Virus record (IMG/VR): IMGVR_UViG_2534681899_000008
Origin: a virus
Taxonomy: Duplodnaviria; Heunggongvirae; Uroviricota; Caudoviricetes
DNA length: 23,672 bases
Strand: one strand, 5' to 3'
Shown: positions 8,953 through 16,880 of the stretch, piece after piece
How positions within the stretch are numbered: the stretch's first letter is position 1
Layout of the letters: every line of letters begins with the position of its first letter
Position numbers and translations under genes: made by a program
The notes under the pieces: model-generated
Seen by the model: the letters and a program-made list of their open reading frames with translations, nothing else
What the model was told of the DNA's origin: nothing
Database searches by the model: none

Positions 8953-8971
8953 GGCGTGGCGGGGATACGAT
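8953..8971. other. cos-like sequence (candidate cohesive-end site)
   Basis: GGCGTGGCGGGGATACGAT matches about 16 of 19 positions of the 186 cohesive end as I recall it (GGCGTGGCGGGGAAAGCAT; P2 GGCGAGGCGGGGAAAGCAC). Recall-based, not verified. Confidence 0.35.
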
Positions 8972-8998
8972 TGCGCGCAAGCATAGATTCTGTAATAT
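8971..8998 (+). promoter_or_regulatory. Candidate promoter for the 579-aa cargo gene
   Basis: TTGCGC (8971-8976), 16-nt spacer, TAATAT (8993-8998), about 35 nt upstream of ATG 9032. Confidence 0.3.
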
Positions 8999-9031
8999 GT
9001 ATGGCACATAGCAAATGACAAGGTGATTATT

Positions 9032-10771
9032 ATGCATGCGATCTTGAAACAATACGTCGAAGATCTTTCTAACCAATTTGCGATAGAAGAAGATGAATCG
9101 AAACTCTTCGAGTATTTTTGTAATTATGTTATTGCTTCTAAAAAGTATTTAGGACGATTTAGTCCTATCGATATCACTACTCAAGAGGATGATGCCTCAT
9201 TAGACGGAATTATCTTTCTTATTGATGGTGAATTAATAACTACTGTTGATGATGCTGAGGCGATATTTAAAACCCATAAAACATCATTGCCAGTGGAGTT
9301 AATACTTACTCAGATTAAATCTGGTGAGGCTTTTGTTAAATCAGATATTGCAAATTTCAAGATTGGCTTGGATGATTTTTTAAGTCTTAAACCGAAATTA
9401 CCAAATGGTATCTATAACACTCAAGCTATTGAAATATTGAAAGTAATATTTGCAAATGTAAAAAAAATTAAAAACAAAAAACCATCGCTTACAGTTCATT
9501 ATTGCACTAGTGGTACTTATGTTGAAGAGAGAGAAATTAAAGCTACATTTGATATAATTAAAAAATCATGCTTCGATACTGACTTTTTTGATTCTGTTGA
9601 CGTGAGACCTCTCGGGCGTAAAGAACTAATGGATATGTGGATATCCATAACCGAAAAAAATGAGGCTGAGTTACAGTTGATTGATTACATAGGTATCGAG
9701 GCTATGCCAGGTATCCCTCAATCATATATTGCAATTGTAAAAGCAAAGCATTTTATTGAGAAGCTTGCAAAAGATAGTGATGGAAAAATAAAAGAGTCAA
9801 TTTTTGAAGAAAATATACGTGCGTTCTTAGGAAGTGATAATAATGTTAATAATAAAATCTCCTCAACTTTAGAAGATAAAAAAATAAAAGCAAAACAATT
9901 TCCAGTGTTGAATAATGGAGTGACTATAATTACTCCAGAGTTATCTATACAACCAAACACAAAAGTTATAAATCTTACAAACTATCAAATTATTAATGGT
10001 TGTCAAACAACTAATACACTCTTCCATCATTACGATAATTTAAATGATGATGTTGAGATTGTTGTCAAATTTATAGAGTCTCAAGATGCTGATGTTGCAA
10101 GTAGCATAATTGAAGCAACAAATAGTCAATCAGCAATTGAGGGAGCAGCGTTTTTTGCATTGCGTGAAAAAGCTAAAATGGTGCAGAAATATTTCGATCT
10201 ACAGAGGAAAGACCCAAAACTGGAAAGTATATATTTTGAGCGGCGTGAAAATGAATATCGGCCATATGATATACAATCTACACGTATATATGATATTAAA
10301 GAACTGGCTCGTTGCTTCATATCTGTATTTAAGCGGAACCCGCACAATGCTGCTAGATATGTTAAAAAAGTACTTAGCGAAAGCGATAATATAATATTTG
10401 GTGAGGCCGATAATGAATGCGCATATTATACTGCGGCGTATATATGTTATAAGTATAATACTATGATTAACGGGCGAAGAGAAAATGCACAAAAGTATAA
10501 TAAATATAGATGGCATATTGCAATGTTATATCCTTGGGTCGTAAATAAAAAGGTTGAGAAAGTTGAATTAAATTCAAAGAAAATGAGTGCCTATTGTGAG
10601 CGTATTCTTAAAACATTTTATAACGACAACTATATTAAGCATTTTTCAAAATGCCATGAGATAATTGATGCTCTTGCTTTAGATAATGAGAATGGTGTTA
10701 CAGATGATCAACTAAAACGTGCACGATATACTACTAGTTTAATTGAAAAAGCTACTGAGATTTTGAAATAA
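9032..10771 (+). CDS. Large AT-rich cargo protein (579 aa), candidate anti-phage / abortive-infection protein (possibly AIPR-like); function unassigned
   Basis: Uninterrupted 1.74-kb ORF at roughly 30% GC by eye (backbone about 50%); AAGGTGA SD 5 nt upstream of ATG 9032; own promoter and terminator. No P-loop (so not OLD-like) and no YxDD (so not an Abi-P2-type reverse transcriptase). Motifs NNGVTIITPE and INGCQTT noted. Confidence 0.7.
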   Translation: MHAILKQYVEDLSNQFAIEEDESKLFEYFCNYVIASKKYLGRFSPIDITTQEDDASLDGIIFLIDGELITTVDDAEAIFKTHKTSLPVELILTQIKSGEAFVKSDIANFKIGLDDFLSLKPKLPNGIYNTQAIEILKVIFANVKKIKNKKPSLTVHYCTSGTYVEEREIKATFDIIKKSCFDTDFFDSVDVRPLGRKELMDMWISITEKNEAELQLIDYIGIEAMPGIPQSYIAIVKAKHFIEKLAKDSDGKIKESIFEENIRAFLGSDNNVNNKISSTLEDKKIKAKQFPVLNNGVTIITPELSIQPNTKVINLTNYQIINGCQTTNTLFHHYDNLNDDVEIVVKFIESQDADVASSIIEATNSQSAIEGAAFFALREKAKMVQKYFDLQRKDPKLESIYFERRENEYRPYDIQSTRIYDIKELARCFISVFKRNPHNAARYVKKVLSESDNIIFGEADNECAYYTAAYICYKYNTMINGRRENAQKYNKYRWHIAMLYPWVVNKKVEKVELNSKKMSAYCERILKTFYNDNYIKHFSKCHEIIDALALDNENGVTDDQLKRARYTTSLIEKATEILK

Positions 10772-10777
10772 ATGGAT

Positions 10778-10808
10778 GCAGCCCAAGGAAGGGCTGCTAA
10801 TTTTTATT
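10778..10808 (+). terminator. Rho-independent terminator between convergent cargo gene and Q
   Basis: GCAGCCC / GGGCTGC stem, 6-nt loop, followed by TAATTTTTATT; overlaps the Q stop codon on the opposite strand. Confidence 0.5.
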
Positions 10809-11835
10809 CGAAATGATACGAAAAAAAATTGATAATGTCCTCACCTAACCAATCATTAATCTCTGATATTCTTTTTTGTAAAGGTAATAGCTCATTCCTT
10901 ACAAAAACCTTACTAGCCTTCTCCACATCTCCAAATCCCCCAACATTATTAGGCATTATTCCCATCATCTGCGGCGGCACACGATGCGCCGCCATCATGT
11001 CATCCCGGCTGACGTTCTTAATATTCAAAAACTCATCCTTCGCCGCGACTTCTGACAACGGGATGATCTGAAGCCCGTCCTTTTTGCCGTTAGGCGAGTA
11101 CATAAACAGGTTGCGGAAATTGCCTGGTCCTTTAGCATTTTTCATCGCATTGCGGAGGTTGTTCACGTCCTCCTGATTCTGCGCGGCGTCGGTCATGTAC
11201 ATGATGAAGCCTGCATGGCTGCCGTTGATGTAATACTTACGGCGGAACAGCGTTGCGGACTCGTTGAGCAGGGCGGATGGAATGGCAGAAAGATAGCCGG
11301 GCAGGCCGTAGATCTCCTGGTTGATGTCCGGTTCCATCAGATGAAAAATGCTGCCTTTCGTGAACTGATACGGCTGCGTAGTTATGCCGTATTGCACAAA
11401 CCAGTAGGTATCCAGGTCTAATCCGCGTCGGGTGTATTTTGCCAGGGCAGGTTCAAGGGCGAGCACTTCACCGAAGCGGTTCGTGCGTTTCTCCAGGTAG
11501 GCGTTGCCAAATACCAGATAGTCCTGCACAAAACGTGAAAAAGCCTGCTGGCTGAGCAGCGGGTGGGGGATGTAGGTACTGGCCAGAATGTTGCACTTTA
11601 CTGCAATCGGGGAACTGTGATGCACGGCGGCGCGGAAGGTGCGAGCCAGACCGTCGAAACTCACTGGCGGCTCATACCAGCGATCTGTCTGTACGCATTC
11701 CACATAGTCCAGTAATTCTCGGCGGTCCAGAACAGGAACGGGATCGCCGAAGCTGAATGCTTCGGTTGTAGTTTGACTTTTAAGCTGGATCTGTTTCGTC
11801 GCCGCAGCGCGGTTCTTCTTACTCTTTCCCATCAA
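10804..11835 (-). CDS. Q: Portal (capsid portal) protein, P2 gpQ family
   Basis: 343 aa (P2 gpQ about 344 aa); immediately downstream of and start-overlapping the terminase ATPase gene on the same strand, as in the P2 P-Q operon. Confidence 0.8.
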   Translation of the reverse strand: MMGKSKKNRAAATKQIQLKSQTTTEAFSFGDPVPVLDRRELLDYVECVQTDRWYEPPVSFDGLARTFRAAVHHSSPIAVKCNILASTYIPHPLLSQQAFSRFVQDYLVFGNAYLEKRTNRFGEVLALEPALAKYTRRGLDLDTYWFVQYGITTQPYQFTKGSIFHLMEPDINQEIYGLPGYLSAIPSALLNESATLFRRKYYINGSHAGFIMYMTDAAQNQEDVNNLRNAMKNAKGPGNFRNLFMYSPNGKKDGLQIIPLSEVAAKDEFLNIKNVSRDDMMAAHRVPPQMMGIMPNNVGGFGDVEKASKVFVRNELLPLQKRISEINDWLGEDIINFFSYHFE

Positions 11836-13598
11836 AAAATCTCCACAATATTGCTGGTATTGGCGGATTCGCCCTGCAGCGGTTCGTTAAACAGTGCGTG
11901 CATCGTTGCCCAGGCCAGATCGGCATGGCTGGCTTCTTCGCTGCGGCTGGCTTCATAGGTCGGGCGGTTGCCACTGGCGGTGGTGGCGCGACGGATTGCC
12001 ATGAATGACTGCGCAATGTCGGTGTGCCCGGCGTCAAACTCCAGACGGCGGTGGCTGATAATGTCGTATGCCTTGAGTACCAGGGCGTTTTTAACGTTGG
12101 GGTTGTAGACAAACTCCCGGACGGCAGGAAAAAACGCTTTCACGTTCTCGTAAACCCCGTGACCAACGCCGGTTGAGTCGATGCCGATATAGGTCACGTT
12201 GTACTGTTCGGTCAGTTTTTTGATGGCGTCAGCCTGGGCGCGAAAGTCCATCCCGCGCCACTGGTGACGCTCAAGAATGCGGAACTTGCCGCCCGGCACG
12301 GCTGGCGGTGCCACCACCACACATCCGGCACTGTCGCCATTCTGCGTACCTTTCGCCGGGTCATAACCGATCCACACTTCGCGCCAGCCAAACGGGCGCA
12401 GTGCCAGTGCATGAAAGTCGGTCCAGACTTCCCAGCTGTCCACCATGCACGCCTGCAGCTCGCTGAGCGGGAACACGGACGCGAGATCGTCCACGAACTC
12501 GCACATCAGCAGGTTCTGGTATTCGTCCGGGCTGTACTCCATGCGCAACTGGTCAAGGTCGAACAGGTTGCAGCCGCCGCGCACAGCATCTTCCACGGTG
12601 ACTATCTGGCGGTATTGCCCGTCTGCGCACAGCAGGCCGGGGGCCAGATTGCTGTGGGACAGGTCGATATCCACCTTATCGGCTTTGTTGCGCCCACGGT
12701 TGAACAGCGCACCGGACCAGAACGGATAAGCACTGTGTGTCAGACTGGATGGCGTGGAAAAATAGGTCTGTCGCCATTTTTTGTGAATAGCCATACCTGA
12801 AGCCACTTTGCGCAGCTCCTGGAATTTCGGTATCCAGAAATATTCATCCAGATACAGGTTGCCGTGGTAACTCTGGGCCGTGCGGGCATTGGTGCCGAGG
12901 AAGTAAAGCGTGGCCCCGTTGGGAAGCACCATCGGATCGCCTTTCAGCTCCACTTCCACTTCTTTGGCGAAGTCGATGATGTACTGCTTAAAGACGTGGG
13001 CCTGTGCCTTGCTGGCGGAAAGGAAAATCTGGTTACGTCCGGTCAGCAGGGCGTCAATCAGGGCTTCACGGGCAAAGTAAAAGGTCGCGCCGATCTGGCG
13101 TGACTTCAGCAGGTTGCGGATGCGGTTGGTTTTTCCGGCTTCCCACCAGTGGCGCTGGTAGTTGAACATGGAGGAATGGAAGATTTCTTCCAGCTTCTCA
13201 ATCTGTTCATCGGTGAAAACATTCTTTTCCGGCTGACGGCGCGGGCCTTTGTTGCGGTTGGCGACGTTTGGGTTTAAGTCGGCTTCGTTGCCGCCATTGT
13301 TAAACTTGCCGATCCGCGCGTGGCGTTCCGATTGGCGCGCCAGCAGGTCAATCTCTTTGAAATCTTTCCCTTCTTTGTGCTCCTTCATAATGAGCTGGCA
13401 GTAGCGTGCGGCGGTGGTGAGCTGCATCTGATCCAGCGGCCCATAGTCACCCCACTTGTCGCGTTTTTTCCAGCTGTGAACGGTTGCAACTTTCTCGCCC
13501 AGCATTTCAGCAATGCGGGCTACGCGGTATCCCTGAAAGTACAGCAGCATGGCCTGCCGACGGGGATCGAGATCTGCGGGTGTCAGTGTGGTGTTCAT
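11832..13598 (-). CDS. P: Terminase large (ATPase) subunit, P2 gpP family
   Basis: 588 aa (P2 gpP about 590 aa); deviant terminase Walker A LKSRQIGAT; divergent from O across a short promoter region. Confidence 0.85.
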   Translation of the reverse strand: MNTTLTPADLDPRRQAMLLYFQGYRVARIAEMLGEKVATVHSWKKRDKWGDYGPLDQMQLTTAARYCQLIMKEHKEGKDFKEIDLLARQSERHARIGKFNNGGNEADLNPNVANRNKGPRRQPEKNVFTDEQIEKLEEIFHSSMFNYQRHWWEAGKTNRIRNLLKSRQIGATFYFAREALIDALLTGRNQIFLSASKAQAHVFKQYIIDFAKEVEVELKGDPMVLPNGATLYFLGTNARTAQSYHGNLYLDEYFWIPKFQELRKVASGMAIHKKWRQTYFSTPSSLTHSAYPFWSGALFNRGRNKADKVDIDLSHSNLAPGLLCADGQYRQIVTVEDAVRGGCNLFDLDQLRMEYSPDEYQNLLMCEFVDDLASVFPLSELQACMVDSWEVWTDFHALALRPFGWREVWIGYDPAKGTQNGDSAGCVVVAPPAVPGGKFRILERHQWRGMDFRAQADAIKKLTEQYNVTYIGIDSTGVGHGVYENVKAFFPAVREFVYNPNVKNALVLKAYDIISHRRLEFDAGHTDIAQSFMAIRRATTASGNRPTYEASRSEEASHADLAWATMHALFNEPLQGESANTSNIVEIF

Positions 13599-13644
13599 GG
13601 CACAAACCTACAGCCTTGAATGAAGGCTTTCCCCGCCTGCGGTT

Positions 13645-13662
13645 TGTGTGGTTGTCGGTACA
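13645..13662 (+). promoter_or_regulatory. Ogr/Delta-type late-activator box (TGT-N12-ACA) in the divergent P/O promoter region
   Basis: TGTgtggttgtcggtACA lies about 80-95 nt upstream of the O ATG, consistent with an activator site centred near -55 of a P2-type late promoter. Confidence 0.45.
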
Positions 13663-13740
13663 AATACCGCGCATTGTTTCACTGCCCCCATCACCGCAAC
13701 CATAAGGCTCCAGTAAGTTTTTTCTAACGGAGCACGGCTC

Positions 13741-14574
13741 ATGACAGTGAAAGCAAAGCGTTTTCGCATCGGGGTGGAAGGTGCCACCACCGACGGACGT
13801 GAAATCCAGCGTGAATGGCTGGAACAGATGGCAGCCAGCTACAACCCGGCGGTGTATACCGCGCTGATTAACCTTGAGCACATCAAGTCTTATCTGCCGG
13901 ACAGCACCTTTAACCGCTACGGCAAGGTGACGGCGCTGTTTGCTGAAGAAATCACGGAAGGTCCGCTGGCAGGCAAGATGGCGCTGTATGCCGACGTTGA
14001 GCCAACAGAGTCCCTGGTGGAGCTGGTGAAAAAAGGCCAGAAATTATTCACCTCTATGGAAGTCAGCCCAAAGTTTGCTGATACGGGCAAAGCCTACCTG
14101 GTCGGGCTGGCTGCCACTGATGACCCTGCCAGTCTGGGCACTGAAATGCTGACATTCAGCGCCAGTGCAGCCCATAACCCGCTGGCAAACCGCAAGCAGA
14201 ATCCCGCCAATCTCTTTACCGCCGCAGAGGAAACGGTGATCGAACTGGAAGAAATCCAGGAGGACAAGCCGTCCCTGTTTGCCCGCGTCACGGCGCTGTT
14301 CACCAAAAAAGAGCAGTCCGACGATGCCCGGTTCTCTGATGTGCATAAGGCCGTGGAGCTGGTCGCCACTGAGCAGCAGAACCTGAGCGCACGGACCGAA
14401 AAATCCCTGTCTGAGCAGGATGAACGTCTGTCTGAGCTGGAGACTGCCCTGCAGGCACAGCAGACCGCCTTTAACGAACTGGTGAATAAGCTGAGTCATG
14501 AAGACAGCCGCCAGGACTACCGCCAGCGTGCAACAGGCGGTAACGCCCCCGCTGACACTCTGACCAATTGCTGA
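13741..14574 (+). CDS. O: Capsid scaffolding protein, P2 gpO family
   Basis: 277 aa (P2 gpO 284 aa); first gene of the rightward head operon; GGAG SD. Confidence 0.75.
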   Translation: MTVKAKRFRIGVEGATTDGREIQREWLEQMAASYNPAVYTALINLEHIKSYLPDSTFNRYGKVTALFAEEITEGPLAGKMALYADVEPTESLVELVKKGQKLFTSMEVSPKFADTGKAYLVGLAATDDPASLGTEMLTFSASAAHNPLANRKQNPANLFTAAEETVIELEEIQEDKPSLFARVTALFTKKEQSDDARFSDVHKAVELVATEQQNLSARTEKSLSEQDERLSELETALQAQQTAFNELVNKLSHEDSRQDYRQRATGGNAPADTLTNC

Positions 14575-14590
14575 TGGAGCACAAAACCCG

Positions 14591-15649
14591 ATGAAGAAGA
14601 ATACCCGCTTTGCTTTTAACGCTTACCTGCAGCAGCTGGCGCGTCTGAACGGTGTGGCAGTTGAAGAACTGTCCAGCAAGTTCACCGTAGAGCCGTCCGT
14701 GCAGCAGACATTGGAAGACCAGATCCAGCAGTCCGCCGCTTTCCTGACGCTGATTAACGTCACGCCAGTGACTGAGCAGTCCGGTCAGCTGCTGGGGTTG
14801 GGAGTTGGCAGCACCATTGCCGGAACCACTGATACCACCGCGAAAGAGCGTGAACCTGTCGATCCGACGCTGATGGTCGATGTGGAATATAAATGCGAGC
14901 AGACCAACTTTGACACGGTGCTGACCTACGCGAAGCTGGACCTGTGGGCGAAGTTTCAGGATTTTCAGGTGCGTATCCGTGACGCCATCGTGAAACGTCA
15001 GGCACTGGACCGCATCATGATCGGTTTTAACGGCGTGAAGCGTGCGAAAACCTCCAACCGTAGCGAAAACCCGCTACTGCAGGATGTGAATAAAGGCTGG
15101 CTGCAGAAAATCCGTGAGGATGCACCGGATCACGTCATGGGCAGCACCACCACGGGCGGTGAAACCACACCGGGCGCAGTGAAAGTCGGGAAAGGTGGCG
15201 AATATGCCAACCTGGACGCCGTGGTGATGGATGCCGTCAATGAGCTTATCGACGTGGTCTACCAGGACGATGACGATCTGGTGGTGATTTGCGGTCGTGA
15301 ACTGCTGTCTGACAAGTATTTCCCGCTGGTCAACAAAGAGCAGGAAAACAGTGAAAAACTGGCTGCCGATATGATCATCAGCCAGAAACGCATGGGGGGC
15401 CTGCAGGCCGTGCGTGCGCCGTTCTTCCCGCCGAATGCACTGCTGATTACCCGTCTGGATAACCTGTCCATCTACTGGCAGGAAGACACCCGCCGCCGTT
15501 CAGTTATCGACAACCCGAAACGTGACCGGATTGAAAACTTTGAATCCGTTAACGAAGCCTATGTGGTTGAGGACTACCGCTGTGCCGCACTGGTGGAAAA
15601 CATCCAGATTGGCGACTTCAGCGCCGCCGCAGCAGAAACCGGAGCGTAA
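14591..15649 (+). CDS. N: Major capsid protein, P2 gpN family
   Basis: 352 aa (P2 gpN 357 aa); immediately follows O; GGAG SD. Confidence 0.8.
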   Translation: MKKNTRFAFNAYLQQLARLNGVAVEELSSKFTVEPSVQQTLEDQIQQSAAFLTLINVTPVTEQSGQLLGLGVGSTIAGTTDTTAKEREPVDPTLMVDVEYKCEQTNFDTVLTYAKLDLWAKFQDFQVRIRDAIVKRQALDRIMIGFNGVKRAKTSNRSENPLLQDVNKGWLQKIREDAPDHVMGSTTTGGETTPGAVKVGKGGEYANLDAVVMDAVNELIDVVYQDDDDLVVICGRELLSDKYFPLVNKEQENSEKLAADMIISQKRMGGLQAVRAPFFPPNALLITRLDNLSIYWQEDTRRRSVIDNPKRDRIENFESVNEAYVVEDYRCAALVENIQIGDFSAAAAETGA

Positions 15650-15652
15650 TTC

Positions 15653-16303
15653 ATGAGCCTGAGTCCCGCACGGCAGCATCGCCTGCGCGTTCAGGCTGAA
15701 CAGGCCGCCCGCGAGGGCAGCAGTGTTCGCCACGCGTCGGGCTATGACCTGATGCTGCTGCAACTGGCGGAAGACCGCCGCCGTCTCAAGGGCGTTCAGT
15801 CCACGGTCAAAAAAGCGGAAATCAAGGTGGAGCTGCTGCCGAAATACGCTGCCTGGGCAGAGGGTGTCCTGGCTGCCGGAGGCACTCAACAGGATGACGT
15901 GCTGATGTACGTGATGCTGTGGCGCATTGATGCCGGAGATTATGCCGGGGCGCTGGAGATCGGGCGTCATGCCCTGCGTCATGGCTGGGTGATGCCACTG
16001 GGTAACCGCAATGTGCAGACCGTGCTGGCAGAGGAAATGGCAGACGCCGCGCAGAGCGCAATGCTTGCCGCCACCGGCTTTGATGCCGATCTGTTGTTGC
16101 AGACGCTGGAGCTGACAGACGGTCTGGATATGCCGGACCAGTCACGGGCGCGTCTGCATAAAGCGATTGGCGCTGTCCTGAGTGAAAGCAATCCGGCTTC
16201 CGCCCTTAATCATCTCAACCATGCGTTGCAGCTCGATCCCCGCTGTGGCGTGAAAAAAGACAAACAGCAGCTGGAGCGCAGACTGCGCAATGACAGCCGC
16301 TGA
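15653..16303 (+). CDS. M: Terminase small (endonuclease) subunit, P2 gpM family
   Basis: 216 aa, directly after N with a 3-nt gap; position matches P2 M. Confidence 0.7.
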   Translation: MSLSPARQHRLRVQAEQAAREGSSVRHASGYDLMLLQLAEDRRRLKGVQSTVKKAEIKVELLPKYAAWAEGVLAAGGTQQDDVLMYVMLWRIDAGDYAGALEIGRHALRHGWVMPLGNRNVQTVLAEEMADAAQSAMLAATGFDADLLLQTLELTDGLDMPDQSRARLHKAIGAVLSESNPASALNHLNHALQLDPRCGVKKDKQQLERRLRNDSR

Positions 16304-16398
16304 CAGAACGTGCCCCCGCGCACGGGCGGCACGGGGTGGCGAAAGGCACTGCCACATCAAAACCCCGTCCACCGCCCTCTATTTCAGGAGAAAGCAGC

Positions 16399-16860
16399 AT
16401 GAAGTTTGTTGCGCCAGAACAGGCACCGGAACAGGCGGAAATCATCAGAAATACGCCGTTCTGGCCTGATGTGGACCTGTCGGAGTTTCGCAGTGTGATG
16501 CGCACTGACGGCACGGTGACGCAGCCGCGTTTAAAGCAGGTTGCGCTGTCGGCAATTTCGGAGGTCAACGCAGAGCTGTATGAGTTTCGCAGACGCCAGC
16601 AGATGCTGGGATATGCCTCGCTGGCAGAGGTTCCGGCGGAACAGCTGGACGGGAAAAGCGAGCGAATTCAGCACTATTTCAACGCGGTTTACTGCTGGGC
16701 TCGCGCCATGCTCAACGAACGTTACCAGGACTATGACGCCACGGCATCCGGTGTGAAGCGGGGCGAGGAACTGGCAGAAGCCAGCGGTGATTTGTGGCGT
16801 GACGCCCGCTGGGCCATCTGCCGGGTACCCGCAATATTGAACAGCTCGGCGATGCGCTGA
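16399..16860 (+). CDS. L: Head completion/stabilisation protein, P2 gpL family, possibly C-terminally altered
   Basis: ATG at 16399 preceded by AGGAGA; 153 aa versus 169 aa for P2 gpL; the next gene's frame opens inside its 3' end. Confidence 0.6.
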   Translation: MKFVAPEQAPEQAEIIRNTPFWPDVDLSEFRSVMRTDGTVTQPRLKQVALSAISEVNAELYEFRRRQQMLGYASLAEVPAEQLDGKSERIQHYFNAVYCWARAMLNERYQDYDATASGVKRGEELAEASGDLWRDARWAICRVPAILNSSAMR

Positions 16861-16880
16861 ACTATCTGGATGATAACGCC

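Noticed and set aside
9718-10516. Several small minus-strand ORFs (80-105 aa) inside the 579-aa cargo gene
   Set aside because: AT-rich DNA produces hydrophobic, low-complexity antisense frames (Ile/Phe/Leu-rich), all nested in the long sense ORF.
9032-10771. Possibility that the 579-aa cargo protein is an OLD-family nuclease or an Abi-P2-type reverse transcriptase
   Set aside because: No Walker A (GxxxxGK[ST]) and no YxDD motif in the translation.
12264-12800. 178-aa plus-strand ORF inside the terminase ATPase gene
   Set aside because: Antisense to a well-supported gene (P), with no independent start signals.
15500-15982. 160-aa minus-strand ORF overlapping the N/M boundary
   Set aside because: Antisense to two syntenic, coupled head genes; composition-driven.
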